In this document: piece after piece, positions 10,620-21,393 of the stretch
Position numbering within the stretch: the stretch's first letter is position 1
Layout: each line of letters starts with the position of its first letter
Origin: Methanocaldococcus sp. 16A
GTDB lineage: Archaea; AGJL01; Methanococci; Methanococcales; Methanocaldococcaceae
Strand: one strand, 5' to 3'
DNA length: 64,000 bases
Assembly (NCBI GenBank): GCA_049860595.1
Contig: CP187551.1
Translations under genes and position numbers: made by a program
The notes under the pieces: model-generated
What the model was told of the DNA's origin: nothing
Database searches by the model: none
The model's input: only the letters and a program-made list of their open reading frames with translations

Positions 10620-10907
10620 TTAATCTCTCTCACTAAATGACCTCATTTCTAATTTCTTTTCAGGAATATCATCTAAGAATATTAATGAACCTTGTATCTC
10701 TACAGCACAAACTTTTGATGGGTCAATAATGGCAAATGATTTACTATCCATATTCCAAATAATTATTGGGTCTTTTTTTCCTGTCCATAGGTATTTTAAT
10801 ATGCCATTTTTTAAATGAGTAACTGCGTCAAAATCAAACTCGCCTTCTATTGTATTACCTTCGAAATAGACTTTTATATATAGTTTATCTACCTTCCTTC
10901 TTGGCAT
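10620..10907 (-). CDS. Hypothetical protein
   Basis: ORF with GTGGGGGAG RBS-like motif before MPRRK, co-oriented with the KaiC gene. Confidence 0.7.
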   Translation of the reverse strand: MPRRKVDKLYIKVYFEGNTIEGEFDFDAVTHLKNGILKYLWTGKKDPIIIWNMDSKSFAIIDPSKVCAVEIQGSLIFLDDIPEKKLEMRSFSERD

Positions 10908-11032
10908 ACTCCCCCACATACTTATTTTAATTTTATTCTAACAGAATAATACTTTGTCAATTAGGTATATTTATAAATATCCTCTCCAATTCAATATATC
11001 TAAGACAAAATGCTATTACAATATGTGATAGT

Positions 11033-11935
11033 ATGAAAGCTTATCCTATTAGAACAAAATACATAAAAAGAGGGGAAAATTTTATTCCAATTGTCGTTGA
11101 AGCAATAAAAAATAGTGGAATTAAATTGGAGGATGGTGATTTTGTTGTATTAAGTGAAAAGATGGTTTCAACTGCTGAGGGAAATTTTGTTGATGAAGGC
11201 AAATTTAAACCTGGAGTTTTAGCTTATTTTTGTTACTATTGGTCAAAATATATTTGGGGCTATATTCTTGGAAAGTTGTTGAAAGTTAAAGAAGATAAAA
11301 TAAAAAATTTAAGAAATATACCAAAAGAAGAAACTTTAAGGCATAAACAAACAATTATAGAAACTGTTGGGTTGAGATATGCTTTAAAACCTTATGCTGA
11401 GGGAGGAATAGATTTAACAAACGTTCCCGGAACTTATGCTTGCCCTTTACCAAAAAATCCAAAAAAATGGGCTGAAATACTATATAAAGAGATAAAAAAG
11501 GAATTGGGTGTTGATATAGTTGTTATGGTTGCAGATACTGATGCCACATATAAAGTTTTAAATTTTTATGTTACTGCTCTTCCCTATGCAATAGATGGAA
11601 TAATAAGCGGAATTGGTGTTTTTGGTTTTATTCTTGGGAGATTGGCTGATGTTTTAAAGATTGGTGGGTTTGCTGGATGCACACCATTAGCAATAGCTGG
11701 AAATGAAATTTATAAAAAATATACAATAGGTGAGCTTGTTAGAATAGCTTTTATCTGTGATAGAGTACATAAAACAATAAAAAACATCAATGAAGTTTTA
11801 GAAAAATATAACTCCTATATAATAACTGAAGAAATTTTAGAAAAGTTAGAGCATACACCAGTAGTTGTTGTTAAGATGAATGAGGAGTATTTACCACCCA
11901 AGCAAAGCAAAGATAAATCCAACAACTCCAATTAG
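11033..11935 (+). CDS. Coenzyme F420:gamma-glutamyl ligase (CofE)-like protein
   Basis: IRTKYI..G, DGDFVVLSEKMVSTAEG, GIDLTNVPG, VADT motifs. Confidence 0.75.
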   Translation: MKAYPIRTKYIKRGENFIPIVVEAIKNSGIKLEDGDFVVLSEKMVSTAEGNFVDEGKFKPGVLAYFCYYWSKYIWGYILGKLLKVKEDKIKNLRNIPKEETLRHKQTIIETVGLRYALKPYAEGGIDLTNVPGTYACPLPKNPKKWAEILYKEIKKELGVDIVVMVADTDATYKVLNFYVTALPYAIDGIISGIGVFGFILGRLADVLKIGGFAGCTPLAIAGNEIYKKYTIGELVRIAFICDRVHKTIKNINEVLEKYNSYIITEEILEKLEHTPVVVVKMNEEYLPPKQSKDKSNNSN

Positions 11936-12859
11936 TGTTGCTACAAATGAGATAGGATATATTTGTTTAAATAAAAGCACTGGAGAGAAAGTTCTAACAA
12001 ATGTGGCTAATATTGGAAATATTACAGCTATAGCAAAGTTCTCAATGATAGTTATTGGATTATTTATGTCAGGAGCTATTCCTAAATATAGAGTGGCAAA
12101 TAAACTTCCCAAAGCTATTAATAAAAGCTCCTTACTTGCTAAATATAAAGCTCTATACTTAGCCATCAACTCCATTGTAGGTCCTTCAATAACATCCGCC
12201 TTTGTGTGAGTTATTGAGAATGGATATTCTTTAATCATTATAACATAGCCAATGAAATAGCATATAGCTCCAAATATCCCAGCCAATGAGAATAAAAATG
12301 GCTCTCCAACAATATCTTTTAAGAATATACTCTTTTTTTGAACAAATGGAAGGAAAATTGCCAAATAAAATGGAAATGAACCAATTGTTATCATTTTAAA
12401 ACTTCTTATAGCTCCCAACTGCTCCAATGAAAGCTTTAAAGTCCCTAAAAAATTAGTTCCTTTACATTCATCTATGTAAGGCATTCTCCAACCCATAATT
12501 GAAAATGCTAAAGAGCCTAAAATTACATACATCATCTCTTCTAATTTTAGCAAACCTACAATACCAATTACATTAGATAAAATATAAAAAGATGTCATTG
12601 ATGTTATAGCCAATATAGCCCATAAAACAGCTATAGAAAGGAGAGGCAACAAATTATATAATTTTGGTAAGTTTGCATCTGGCGTTTTTGTTTCTTTAAA
12701 TAAAAACTTAAAAAATGCCCAAAATCCTGGGGCTAATATACTCGGCCCTATTCTTTGTTGTATTCTTGCCTCTATCTTTCTCTGAATTCCAGGAATGTAA
12801 GTGGAGATAGCAAAAGCTAATGCCGGAATGCCAATTATTGAAATTATTTTGTCAATCAT
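11891..12859 (-). CDS. ehbO: Energy-converting hydrogenase membrane subunit, NuoH-like (probably Ehb)
   Basis: GIQRKIEARIQQRIGP, K.LFKE, PFS...DVIEGP..E; multiple TM helices. Confidence 0.8.
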   Translation of the reverse strand: MIDKIISIIGIPALAFAISTYIPGIQRKIEARIQQRIGPSILAPGFWAFFKFLFKETKTPDANLPKLYNLLPLLSIAVLWAILAITSMTSFYILSNVIGIVGLLKLEEMMYVILGSLAFSIMGWRMPYIDECKGTNFLGTLKLSLEQLGAIRSFKMITIGSFPFYLAIFLPFVQKKSIFLKDIVGEPFLFSLAGIFGAICYFIGYVIMIKEYPFSITHTKADVIEGPTMELMAKYRALYLASKELLLIALGSLFATLYLGIAPDINNPITIIENFAIAVIFPILATFVRTFSPVLLFKQIYPISFVATLIGVVGFIFALLGW

Positions 12860-12890
12860 AACATATCCCTCAGAAAGATTTTAACGTTAA

Positions 12891-13337
12891 TTATCTACAT
12901 TCAACAACCTTAGGAATTGCTTTAACTATCCCAGCTATAATATCTTCAGGTCTTGGAGCACAGCCAGGCACTTTAACATCAACTGGGATTATATTTTCAA
13001 CAGGTCCAGCTATAAAATCTGAAGTTCCTAAGTCTCCTCCTATATTTTTATAAACTCCTCCCATTAACGCACAAGCCCCTACAGCAACAACAGCTTTTGG
13101 CTCAGGAATCTTTTCATAAATCTTTCTTAAAGATTCAGCAACAACTTTAGTAACACATCCAGTAACAACTAAAATATCCGCCTCTCTTGGATTAAATGTT
13201 AAAAAAACATTGTACTGCTCGGCATCATAAAATGGAGAAAAGATAGCATTAACAACCTCAATATCACATGCATTACATCCACCAGTATAAACAAGCATAA
13301 CATGAATACACTTCTTCCTTGCCATTTTTTTAATCAT
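12891..13337 (-). CDS. ehbM: Energy-converting [NiFe] hydrogenase small subunit, NuoB-like (probably Ehb)
   Basis: [32 protein letters not shown]. Confidence 0.85.
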   Translation of the reverse strand: MIKKMARKKCIHVMLVYTGGCNACDIEVVNAIFSPFYDAEQYNVFLTFNPREADILVVTGCVTKVVAESLRKIYEKIPEPKAVVAVGACALMGGVYKNIGGDLGTSDFIAGPVENIIPVDVKVPGCAPRPEDIIAGIVKAIPKVVECR

Positions 13338-13470
13338 AATGCCACCAATAATCTATCATTATTGTTAATGACAAATTGATATAATTAAAATATAAATAAG
13401 TTATGCTTCTTTAGATTTTATTAAATTTTTTAATATATTTATTAAGATTTTTTATTGGATATACCAAAAC

Positions 13471-14577
13471 TTATTCATTAACTTTTTTCCCAACAGCTAT
13501 GTAGATGTTGTTAGCTCCAATTTTATCTCCAAACTTAGAAAAAATCTCTATATTTTCCTCTTTACATAGATTCTCTACTTTCTTTCTACAAGCATCTCTT
13601 GTTTTCTCTCCAAAAGATATAACAACTATATTTCCGTCTATCTCTTCAAGACCTAAGACAGGTTTTTTTATTTTTTTGTATAACTCATCAAGGTCCTTTA
13701 AGTGGTTGATAATCATTTTAGCATCTTCAATAAATGGAAAATCCTTTAAATTTTTAGTTATAAATGAGATATCTCTATCTCTATCCTGTCCATATTTCTT
13801 TAAATCCACTTTATAATAATTGAGCTTTCCATCTTGATACTCTTTTATAATTGCCTTAGCTGTTCTAATTAAATCAACCTCCCCACCTTTAGTTAAATAC
13901 CCTCTTTTATTACCAATCCTCTTTAGCAACTCTTCATCAACTTTCTCATAATCAACACCAAAATACTCTTTTATTATTGTGTTATCAAAATTGTCTATCC
14001 TATTTAAAATTTTTAGAGCTGGGGGAATGGGATTTTCTACTTTTTCTAATCTCAAAGCTCCACTTATAACCAAATCATCCTCATCTCTCATCTCCAAAAC
14101 TCCTGGGGTGTCCATAAGCTTAATATTTTTTGTTAATTTAACCCATTGCTCTCCTTTAGTTAAACCAGCTACACTTCCAGTCAATGCTTTTCTCTTTCCA
14201 GTTAATGCGTTAATAATGGAAGATTTTCCAACGTTTGGATAACCAACAATCCCTACTTTTCCCTCTTTTTTACCCATCTCTTTTAAAGATTTTTTTATCA
14301 TCTCTCTTAAAATTTTTGTTCCTAATCTTCTTTTAGCAGATACAAACACAGTATTTTCTCCAAAAATTTTTTTCCATCTTTCCAAAATATCTTTTGGTAC
14401 TAAATCAGCTTTATTCAAAACATAAATTAGTTTTTTTCCTTTACCTTTAATTTTTTTCTCTAATTCTTTGTTTCTCGTCATTTCAGGGTCTCTCGCATCT
14501 AAAACTAATAAAATTACATCACATTCATCAATAATCTTATTGACTATCTTTTTAACGGGCACTTTCTTGTATCTCAT
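13471..14577 (-). CDS. Circularly permuted ribosome-biogenesis GTPase (RbgA/YlqF family)
   Basis: DARDP, NKADL, GYPNVGKSS, DTPG in permuted order. Confidence 0.92.
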   Translation of the reverse strand: MRYKKVPVKKIVNKIIDECDVILLVLDARDPEMTRNKELEKKIKGKGKKLIYVLNKADLVPKDILERWKKIFGENTVFVSAKRRLGTKILREMIKKSLKEMGKKEGKVGIVGYPNVGKSSIINALTGKRKALTGSVAGLTKGEQWVKLTKNIKLMDTPGVLEMRDEDDLVISGALRLEKVENPIPPALKILNRIDNFDNTIIKEYFGVDYEKVDEELLKRIGNKRGYLTKGGEVDLIRTAKAIIKEYQDGKLNYYKVDLKKYGQDRDRDISFITKNLKDFPFIEDAKMIINHLKDLDELYKKIKKPVLGLEEIDGNIVVISFGEKTRDACRKKVENLCKEENIEIFSKFGDKIGANNIYIAVGKKVNE

Positions 14578-14753
14578 AACCATCACCTAAAGAATGTTAT
14601 TATGTTATTTTCATTTATATTTTTTATCTATAAATATAACTAAATAAATTTATAAATTTACAAATTATAGAAAAGTATTTATAGAACTTCAAACACATTA
14701 TTATACCGTAAAACAAAAATTTAAAAAATATTAATTGAACAAAAGGTGATATT

Positions 14754-15455
14754 TTGGTTGTAGATGCAAAAGAAGTAGAAATAGTAAATACTTTAGTTTT
14801 TGAAACATTAGGAAATCCAGAAAAAGAAAGAGAATTCAAATTAAAATCATTAAAAAAGTGGGGGTTTGATTTAATATTTGGTAAAATAGATGGAAAGGAA
14901 ACATACTTTACTGTTGAGTTAGATGAAAGAAAAGCTGGGGATAAATTTTCAAAAGATGGAAAAGAGTATGAAGTAATAGAAGTTCTTGAGGAGTTACCAA
15001 AGAATACTGAATTATATGCACACATAGAAATGGAAATGGGTAGAGCGTATATTGTTTGTCAATTGAGAGATGAAGATGGACAAAATCTTGAAGTTTTGAG
15101 AGTTCCAGCCGCTGCTTTATTATTGGCTTTCTTTAAAAAGAATAAATTAGGAAATTTAATCAAAGCTATAAAAAATGTTGGAATTAGCTCAGAACTTTCT
15201 TTACAAAATGGTGTTGGAGGAAAACCACTATCTTATGAAGAACTTCCAAATGTTGCAAGAAGATTTTTAAGAAGTGTAAGAAAGGTTGAAAAAGAGACAG
15301 GTTTTGGAAGGTTGTCATTTGCTTACTATGGTGAAACAAAGGATGGAGAGCCAAGATTTTACTTTACTTGGTTACTTCCAACAATAGCATTATTTGACTT
15401 AGATATTGCTAAAAAAGCTAACGATACAATTGGAATCTTAAAAGTTTCTGAATAA
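14754..15455 (+). CDS. Conserved hypothetical protein
   Basis: 233-aa ORF, TTG start after AGGTGA RBS, host-like codon usage. Confidence 0.8.
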   Translation: MVVDAKEVEIVNTLVFETLGNPEKEREFKLKSLKKWGFDLIFGKIDGKETYFTVELDERKAGDKFSKDGKEYEVIEVLEELPKNTELYAHIEMEMGRAYIVCQLRDEDGQNLEVLRVPAAALLLAFFKKNKLGNLIKAIKNVGISSELSLQNGVGGKPLSYEELPNVARRFLRSVRKVEKETGFGRLSFAYYGETKDGEPRFYFTWLLPTIALFDLDIAKKANDTIGILKVSE

Positions 15456-15485
15456 ATAAATTACAAAATAAAAAATTGAGGTGGA

Positions 15486-15737
15486 ATGATGATTTATGGT
15501 GTTCTGTTAAATATTCCTGAAAAACATGCTACAAAGTATGAAGATTTAATTAGAAGAATTATTGGGGAGGGAATAGCAAGAGGAGATATATTGTCATTTA
15601 CAGAAGCAAGATACAGTGGGGATGTTGCTTTTGTTATGCTTGCAAGGTCAAGAAGAGCAGCTGAAAAAGTTTATCAACAATTAAAAGAACATCCAATCTA
15701 TGTAAAAGTTATTGAGATTGAGGGTAAAGGTGATTAA
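15486..15737 (+). CDS. Small hypothetical protein
   Basis: GAGGTGG RBS, 83-aa ORF. Confidence 0.75.
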   Translation: MMIYGVLLNIPEKHATKYEDLIRRIIGEGIARGDILSFTEARYSGDVAFVMLARSRRAAEKVYQQLKEHPIYVKVIEIEGKGD

Positions 15738-17401
15738 ATAAATAAATCTACCAACTCCATATTTTTAACTAAACCTTTATCTGTTATTTTTAGTTCTGGA
15801 ATCACGGGGAGGGAAAAGAAGCTCATACTTAAAAATGGATTCTCAAAAGAACTCCAATTTTCTATTTTTTTATACAAAGCGTTAATCTTATCAAATACGT
15901 ATTTTCCATTATCTCCCATTATTCCTCCAACTGGTAAAGGGAGATATTCAACAACTTCTCCATCTTTAACAGCTATAAATCCTCCACCAATATCTTTTAA
16001 TTTATTTACAGCTAATGCCAAATCTTTTTCATTATTTCCTATGGCAATTACATTATGGGAATCGTGGGCATAGGAAGATGCTAAAACACCTTCCTCCAAA
16101 AAGTTGTATATAAATCCTTTTCCAATGTTTCCAGTGTTTTTATGTCTCTCTATAACAAATATTTTATTTATTGCATTTTCATTCAGCAATATTTTTATTT
16201 CATCAGTGCTAAATATTAGCTCCTCAGTTATTAAAGAATCTTTTAATGGTTTTATTACTCTAACAAATCCATCTCTCTCTTTGTAATCAATTCCTTTAAT
16301 TAAAAAGTCACTTTCGTTTTTATATGAATATCTTAAAGTATTCATGAGTTTTTCAGGAATATTTCTTTTTTTATTTTTATTTAACTCATTTAAGACATCA
16401 TCTAAGAATCTTCCTTTTATAACAATATTACAAACTTTAAAATTATCTAAATCATCAAAAATTACAAAACTTGACTCATTTCCAGCTTTAATTCCTACAT
16501 CAAGCCCAAAATAATTTGCAGGATTGATAGTAACCATTTGTATAGCTTCAATTGGAGAAATATACTTTGTCGCTTTTTTTAAAATATTCAGCATATAACC
16601 ATCTAAATCTCTAACACAAACATCATCACTAACTAACATTATATTTCTAAAATCTTTTATCTTTTTGCATATATTAAGCAAATAAATATTTTTTGATGCA
16701 GTTCCTTCCCGAATCATTAATTTTAATCCTAACCTAAGCTTTTCTAAGGCTTCATCTTCATCAACACTTTCGTGGTCGCTCATTATTCCATGAGATATGT
16801 ATTTGTTTAACTCAAAACCTCTCAATTTTGGACAATGCCCATCTATCAATTTATTGTATTTTTTAGCTACTTCTATCTTTTTTAACATCTCTTCATCTTC
16901 ATTTATCACAGCGGGATAGTTCATAACCTCTCCTAAACCTAAGACATTGTCTAAAAGGATAAGTTCTTCAATATTCTCTGCTGTAATCTCAGCTCCACTT
17001 GTTTCTAAATCTGTGGCAGGAACGCAAGAAGGAAGCATAACATAAACATCTAAAATTTTGGCATCACTCAGCATAAACAAAATTCCTTCTTTTCCAGAGA
17101 CATTGGCTATTTCATGCGGGTCTATAACTACCTTTGTTACTCCACTCTTTAATACAAATTTTTCAAACTCTGATGGAATTAGATGGGACGATTCTATATG
17201 TATATGTCCATCTATAAATGTTGGGGATAAATATTTTCCTTTTAAGTCAATAATTTTAGCATTTTTTATTTTTTCAATTATTTTATCAATTTCATCATTT
17301 AAATCTACAAATAATATTTTATCATCTTCAAATCCAACATTTCCCTCTACGATTTCTCCAGTATATACATCAATAATCTTTGCATTTTTGAAAATAATCA
17401 T
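15734..17401 (-). CDS. ade: Adenine deaminase
   Basis: [39 protein letters not shown]. Confidence 0.95.
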   Translation of the reverse strand: MIIFKNAKIIDVYTGEIVEGNVGFEDDKILFVDLNDEIDKIIEKIKNAKIIDLKGKYLSPTFIDGHIHIESSHLIPSEFEKFVLKSGVTKVVIDPHEIANVSGKEGILFMLSDAKILDVYVMLPSCVPATDLETSGAEITAENIEELILLDNVLGLGEVMNYPAVINEDEEMLKKIEVAKKYNKLIDGHCPKLRGFELNKYISHGIMSDHESVDEDEALEKLRLGLKLMIREGTASKNIYLLNICKKIKDFRNIMLVSDDVCVRDLDGYMLNILKKATKYISPIEAIQMVTINPANYFGLDVGIKAGNESSFVIFDDLDNFKVCNIVIKGRFLDDVLNELNKNKKRNIPEKLMNTLRYSYKNESDFLIKGIDYKERDGFVRVIKPLKDSLITEELIFSTDEIKILLNENAINKIFVIERHKNTGNIGKGFIYNFLEEGVLASSYAHDSHNVIAIGNNEKDLALAVNKLKDIGGGFIAVKDGEVVEYLPLPVGGIMGDNGKYVFDKINALYKKIENWSSFENPFLSMSFFSLPVIPELKITDKGLVKNMELVDLFI

Positions 17402-17523
17402 AGAACTCTTCCCCTTAATTTATTTATTGTCAATCCAATAGGAAAAAACATTATTGAAATATTCCAAATATCTGCTTTATGCTTTAAAGATATGGGCATC
17501 TATAATACTTATCTATACTTAAT

Positions 17524-18180
17524 TTATAAAACCCTCCCTTTAACTTTATTTATGTCAAATTTTGCTGTTTCTGCAATAGCCATAACTGCTAAAACTCCTG
17601 CTTGTAATGGGTCCCCAACAACTAAATCAGCTACTTTTGGAACAGAGCCAAACATCTTTAAACTTATTACTGGAATACCTGTCTTTTCTTTCAACTCTTT
17701 AACTGCTTCAGTTATTTTTCCTCCCATTAGAGAGCCAGCTAAAACTAAAATCCCTACTCTTGGTAAGGTTGCTACAGCTTTAACAGCTTCATATAAATTT
17801 TCTTCACCTACAATTGGGAGAGTATCTACGCTAATCCTCTCCCCTCTTATATTATGCCTATCTGCCTCACTTATAGCCCCTCTTGCAACTTCAGCAACTT
17901 GAGCTCCTCCACCTATAATAATAACTCTCTTACCATAAATCTTTTTTAATGAGCTGTGAATCTCAAAGCTTTTTACATATTCACAGCTTTCCATTCTTCT
18001 TTTTAATTCATTAATATCTTTAATTCCTTCGACTTCCATATAAATAAATCCAATTTTGCCATCATCTTTAATAAATTGTTGAGTATAAGTTATATTTCCT
18101 CCCAATTCAGATAAAATGCCAGTAAGTTTATGCAAAACTCCAACTTTATTCTCAGCCTCTATGCTTATCCCTATCTCCAT
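17524..18180 (-). CDS. ACT-domain protein (DUF5612-type)
   Basis: N-terminal ACT (ENKVGVLHKLTGILSE), GGGAQVAEVARGAISEADRHNIRGERISVDT. Confidence 0.85.
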   Translation of the reverse strand: MEIGISIEAENKVGVLHKLTGILSELGGNITYTQQFIKDDGKIGFIYMEVEGIKDINELKRRMESCEYVKSFEIHSSLKKIYGKRVIIIGGGAQVAEVARGAISEADRHNIRGERISVDTLPIVGEENLYEAVKAVATLPRVGILVLAGSLMGGKITEAVKELKEKTGIPVISLKMFGSVPKVADLVVGDPLQAGVLAVMAIAETAKFDINKVKGRVL

Positions 18181-18189
18181 ACTCTCACA

Positions 18190-19473
18190 TTAAATTTTTC
18201 TAATTCTTCTTCTAACAGCTTCAGCATGCCCTAACAATCCTTCAGCTTCAGCTAATGTAATAACAATATCGGCAATATTTTTTAAACTCTCCTTATCTAA
18301 TTTTTGGAATGTTATTTTCTTTAAAAATGTCTCTACATTTAAACCAGAACTCATTCTTGCAAATTGTGATGTTGGCAAAACATGGTTTGTTCCAGAAGCA
18401 TAATCACCAACTGGAACTGGGCTATACTCACCTAAAAACACACTTCCAGCATGTTTAATTTTATTTAAAACTTCTTCTGGATTTTTAGTTAATATCTCCA
18501 AATGCTCTGGGGCATATTTATTTGAGAACTCAATACACTCTTCTAAATCACCAATCAATATGGCGGAGTTTTCCAAAGCTTTTAATATAATCTCTTTTCT
18601 TTCAGCTTTTTCTACCTCTTCAAATATTTTATTTTTAATTTCTTCTGCCTTCTTTTCAGATGTTGTTGTTATTATGCAAGAGGCATTAGGGTCGTGCTCA
18701 GCTTGGGCTATGAAATCTAAAGCAACAAACTCTGCATTAGCAGTTTCATCAGCCATAATTAAAACTTCTGAAGGACCTGCTAAAAAATCAATTGCTACAT
18801 CACCATAAACCATTTTTTTGGCTGTTGTTACATATATATTTCCAGGTCCTACAATAATATCAACTTTTGGAATAGTTTCTGTTCCATAAGCTAAAGCTCC
18901 TATAGCCTGAACTCCTCCAACTTTAAAAATGGCATCAACTCCCACAATGTCTCCAGCTATCAATGTAGCTGGATTTCCCTTCCCTTCTTTTGTTGGTGGG
19001 GAAGTTATATAAATCTCCTTACAACCAGCAACCTTTGCAGGAATTGTTGTCATTAAAACAGTTGAAGGATAAAATGCCCTTCCTCCAGGAACATAGCATC
19101 CAACTTTTTCTATTGCTCTAACAACCTGTCCTAAAATTATTCCGTTATTTTTAACCTCTAAGTCTTTAATTTGCTCCATTTGCTTTTTGTGGAAGAAGTA
19201 AATGTTTTCCTTAGCTTTTTCTATTGCCTCAATAATTTTGTAATCTACTAAATTATATGCCTCTTCTATCTCCTCTTCACTAACTTTAAAATCTTCTATT
19301 TCAACACCATCAAACTTTTTTGTGTAATATTTTAAAGCTTCATCTCCCTTCTTTTTAACATCCTTCAAAATCTCCATTACTGTTGGTAAAATTTCTTCAA
19401 AGTTTGTTTTATTTCTATTAATTATTTTTTCCTCCTCTTCCTTAGATAAATTCCTAATCTTTTTAATTATCAT
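18190..19473 (-). CDS. hisD: Histidinol dehydrogenase
   Basis: YVPGG, GPGN, AGPSE, QAEHD, APEHL, GDYASGTNHVLPT. Confidence 0.97.
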   Translation of the reverse strand: MIIKKIRNLSKEEEEKIINRNKTNFEEILPTVMEILKDVKKKGDEALKYYTKKFDGVEIEDFKVSEEEIEEAYNLVDYKIIEAIEKAKENIYFFHKKQMEQIKDLEVKNNGIILGQVVRAIEKVGCYVPGGRAFYPSTVLMTTIPAKVAGCKEIYITSPPTKEGKGNPATLIAGDIVGVDAIFKVGGVQAIGALAYGTETIPKVDIIVGPGNIYVTTAKKMVYGDVAIDFLAGPSEVLIMADETANAEFVALDFIAQAEHDPNASCIITTTSEKKAEEIKNKIFEEVEKAERKEIILKALENSAILIGDLEECIEFSNKYAPEHLEILTKNPEEVLNKIKHAGSVFLGEYSPVPVGDYASGTNHVLPTSQFARMSSGLNVETFLKKITFQKLDKESLKNIADIVITLAEAEGLLGHAEAVRRRIRKI

Positions 19474-19505
19474 AATTTATCACCAAAATTTTGACTAACA
19501 AACTT

Positions 19506-19678
19506 TAAATAGGACTTTTACACTTTATATAATAATAAGGAGAATATAATGCCAAAGGCATCAATAACTGTTCGAATGCAAGAGAACCGATTGAGGCTAT
19601 AGGCTTCAAAGTTATAGATATTTAAAATGCATTCAGACCGTTATACCTTTCAATATTTATTAGCAAAAGTCCTATTTA
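19506..19678. mobile_element. Longest TAGGACTTT-family MITE-like element (173 bp, nested palindromes)
   Basis: 14-bp perfect inverted repeat TAAATAGGACTTTT / AAAAGTCCTATTTA; inner inverted repeat 19564-19580/19628-19644; hairpins ATGCC-AAA-GGCAT and GAGGCTATAGGCTTC. Confidence 0.8.
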
Positions 19679-19731
19679 TATATAGTTAGTGCTTATAATA
19701 TTTACTATTAAGAAAAATTTAAGGTGAGAAA

Positions 19732-20646
19732 ATGATACTCTTTGAGTGGGGGACATATAACGCTTTATCAACATTAAAACAGGCAGCATTATTAGGGACA
19801 AGAATTACAGAAATTCCACCAGCAGTGTTATCAAGAAGATTACCTTCTGGATACTATGAGAGTTATAAAAAGTTAAGTAATGAGTATTTTACATCTATCT
19901 TGGCTCATGGTCCATATTACAGCTTAACATCAGAGAAAGGGTTAAATGCTCATCTTTCAGCCATAGAAAAAGCTACATTATGTGGGGCTGAAATTTATAA
20001 TTATCATCTTGGTAAAAGAGTAGGGGATGATTTGAACTACCACATAGATGTCTTAAAAAAATTCAGTGAAGTTAATAGTGAGATGATTTACTCTCCAGAG
20101 CCAGCGACAAATATTGGCGAGTTTGGAACATTGGATGAACTTGAAGAGTTAGTAAAAGCAGCTAAAGAGGAAGATATAAAAGTCATTCCTTCTCTGCAGT
20201 TGGAAAACATCTTCTTAAATGAATTAGAGGTTTATGAAAAGGATGATTTAGATGAAGCAGCAGAAAAGGCTGATGTTGATTGGTGGCTAAATATTTTCAA
20301 GAGAATGGATAAAATATCAGATTATATAATGCATTTCAGATTTTCACAGGTTATAGGATTGAAATATGGAAAGAGATTTTATAAGAAAAGAGTTCCGTTA
20401 GGAAAAGGTTATCCTCCAATTGAACCACTAACTGAAGCTTTATCTATATATTTAGTTGAGAACGCAACAAGAGGGGGCTTTAAGAAAGTTCTATTTGTCT
20501 ATACTGGATTGCCAGAGGTTAAGTATAGAGATTTAATTGACTTATACGCAATGATTATGAAGAAATCAGTTGATAAGTTAATGAGCAAAGAGAGTCAAGT
20601 AGAATATGGAGAGTTCTATAAGATTATGAGTTCAGAGGAAGAATAA
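19732..20646 (+). CDS. Hypothetical protein, probable TIM-barrel (AP-endonuclease/xylose-isomerase-like)
   Basis: AHGPYYSL, NYHLG, PEPAT..GEFGTLDE resemble endonuclease IV-like barrel motifs; inference. Confidence 0.6.
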   Translation: MILFEWGTYNALSTLKQAALLGTRITEIPPAVLSRRLPSGYYESYKKLSNEYFTSILAHGPYYSLTSEKGLNAHLSAIEKATLCGAEIYNYHLGKRVGDDLNYHIDVLKKFSEVNSEMIYSPEPATNIGEFGTLDELEELVKAAKEEDIKVIPSLQLENIFLNELEVYEKDDLDEAAEKADVDWWLNIFKRMDKISDYIMHFRFSQVIGLKYGKRFYKKRVPLGKGYPPIEPLTEALSIYLVENATRGGFKKVLFVYTGLPEVKYRDLIDLYAMIMKKSVDKLMSKESQVEYGEFYKIMSSEEE

Positions 20647-20724
20647 ATTTTATCTATTTTTTATTTTTACACTTTATATTGGTTCTGTCCTTATTTTTTT
20701 AATAAAACAAAAAAGGTAGAGAAT

Positions 20725-21387
20725 ATGATATGTTTGCCAGTAGTTGAAAATAATGTGGAAGATGCAATAAAAACAGCTGAAAAGTATTTGGAAATAGCAG
20801 ATATTGTTGAATTTAGAATAGATATGCTTAAAGAAGTTAGTGAAGATGATATGGAAAAATTTACTAAATATCCTTGTATAATAACAGTTAGAGCAGATTG
20901 GGAAGGTGGCTATTGGAAAAAATCTAATGAAGAAAGATTAAATCTAATAAAAAAGGCAATTGAATGTAATGCTAAATTTGTAGATATTGAGTTAAAAGAA
21001 GAGAAGAATAAAGAACTTGTAAAATTTAGAGATGAGATTGGTTCAAAAACAAAAATTATAATTTCATATCATGATTTTGAAAAAACTCCTTCAAAAGATA
21101 CATTAATTGATATAGTTGAAAAATCTCTTAGCATTGGAGATATAGCAAAATTTGCAACCATGGCAAATAGTAAAGAAGATATTATCAATATTTTGGATGT
21201 GATAAACAAATATCCGGGAAAAATTATTGGCATTGGAATGGGAGAAAAAGGAAAACTAACAAGAATCTTAGGGGTTTATTTTGGTTCAATATTAACCTTT
21301 GCCTCTTATAAAGGGAAGAGTTCAGCTCCTGGACAAGTTGATATAGACACTCTAAAAGAGATTTGGAGACTTATGGATTTAAAGTAA
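20725..21387 (+). CDS. aroD: 3-dehydroquinate dehydratase type I
   Basis: EFRID, TVR...EGG, DIE, SYHDF, K, MG..G..TRI, SAPGQ. Confidence 0.96.
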   Translation: MICLPVVENNVEDAIKTAEKYLEIADIVEFRIDMLKEVSEDDMEKFTKYPCIITVRADWEGGYWKKSNEERLNLIKKAIECNAKFVDIELKEEKNKELVKFRDEIGSKTKIIISYHDFEKTPSKDTLIDIVEKSLSIGDIAKFATMANSKEDIINILDVINKYPGKIIGIGMGEKGKLTRILGVYFGSILTFASYKGKSSAPGQVDIDTLKEIWRLMDLK

Positions 21388-21393
21388 TCCTAA

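Noticed and set aside
13455-13468. TTGGATATACCAA mini-palindrome resembling the repeat tail TTGGTATACC
   Set aside because: Only a 4-bp stem; could arise by chance
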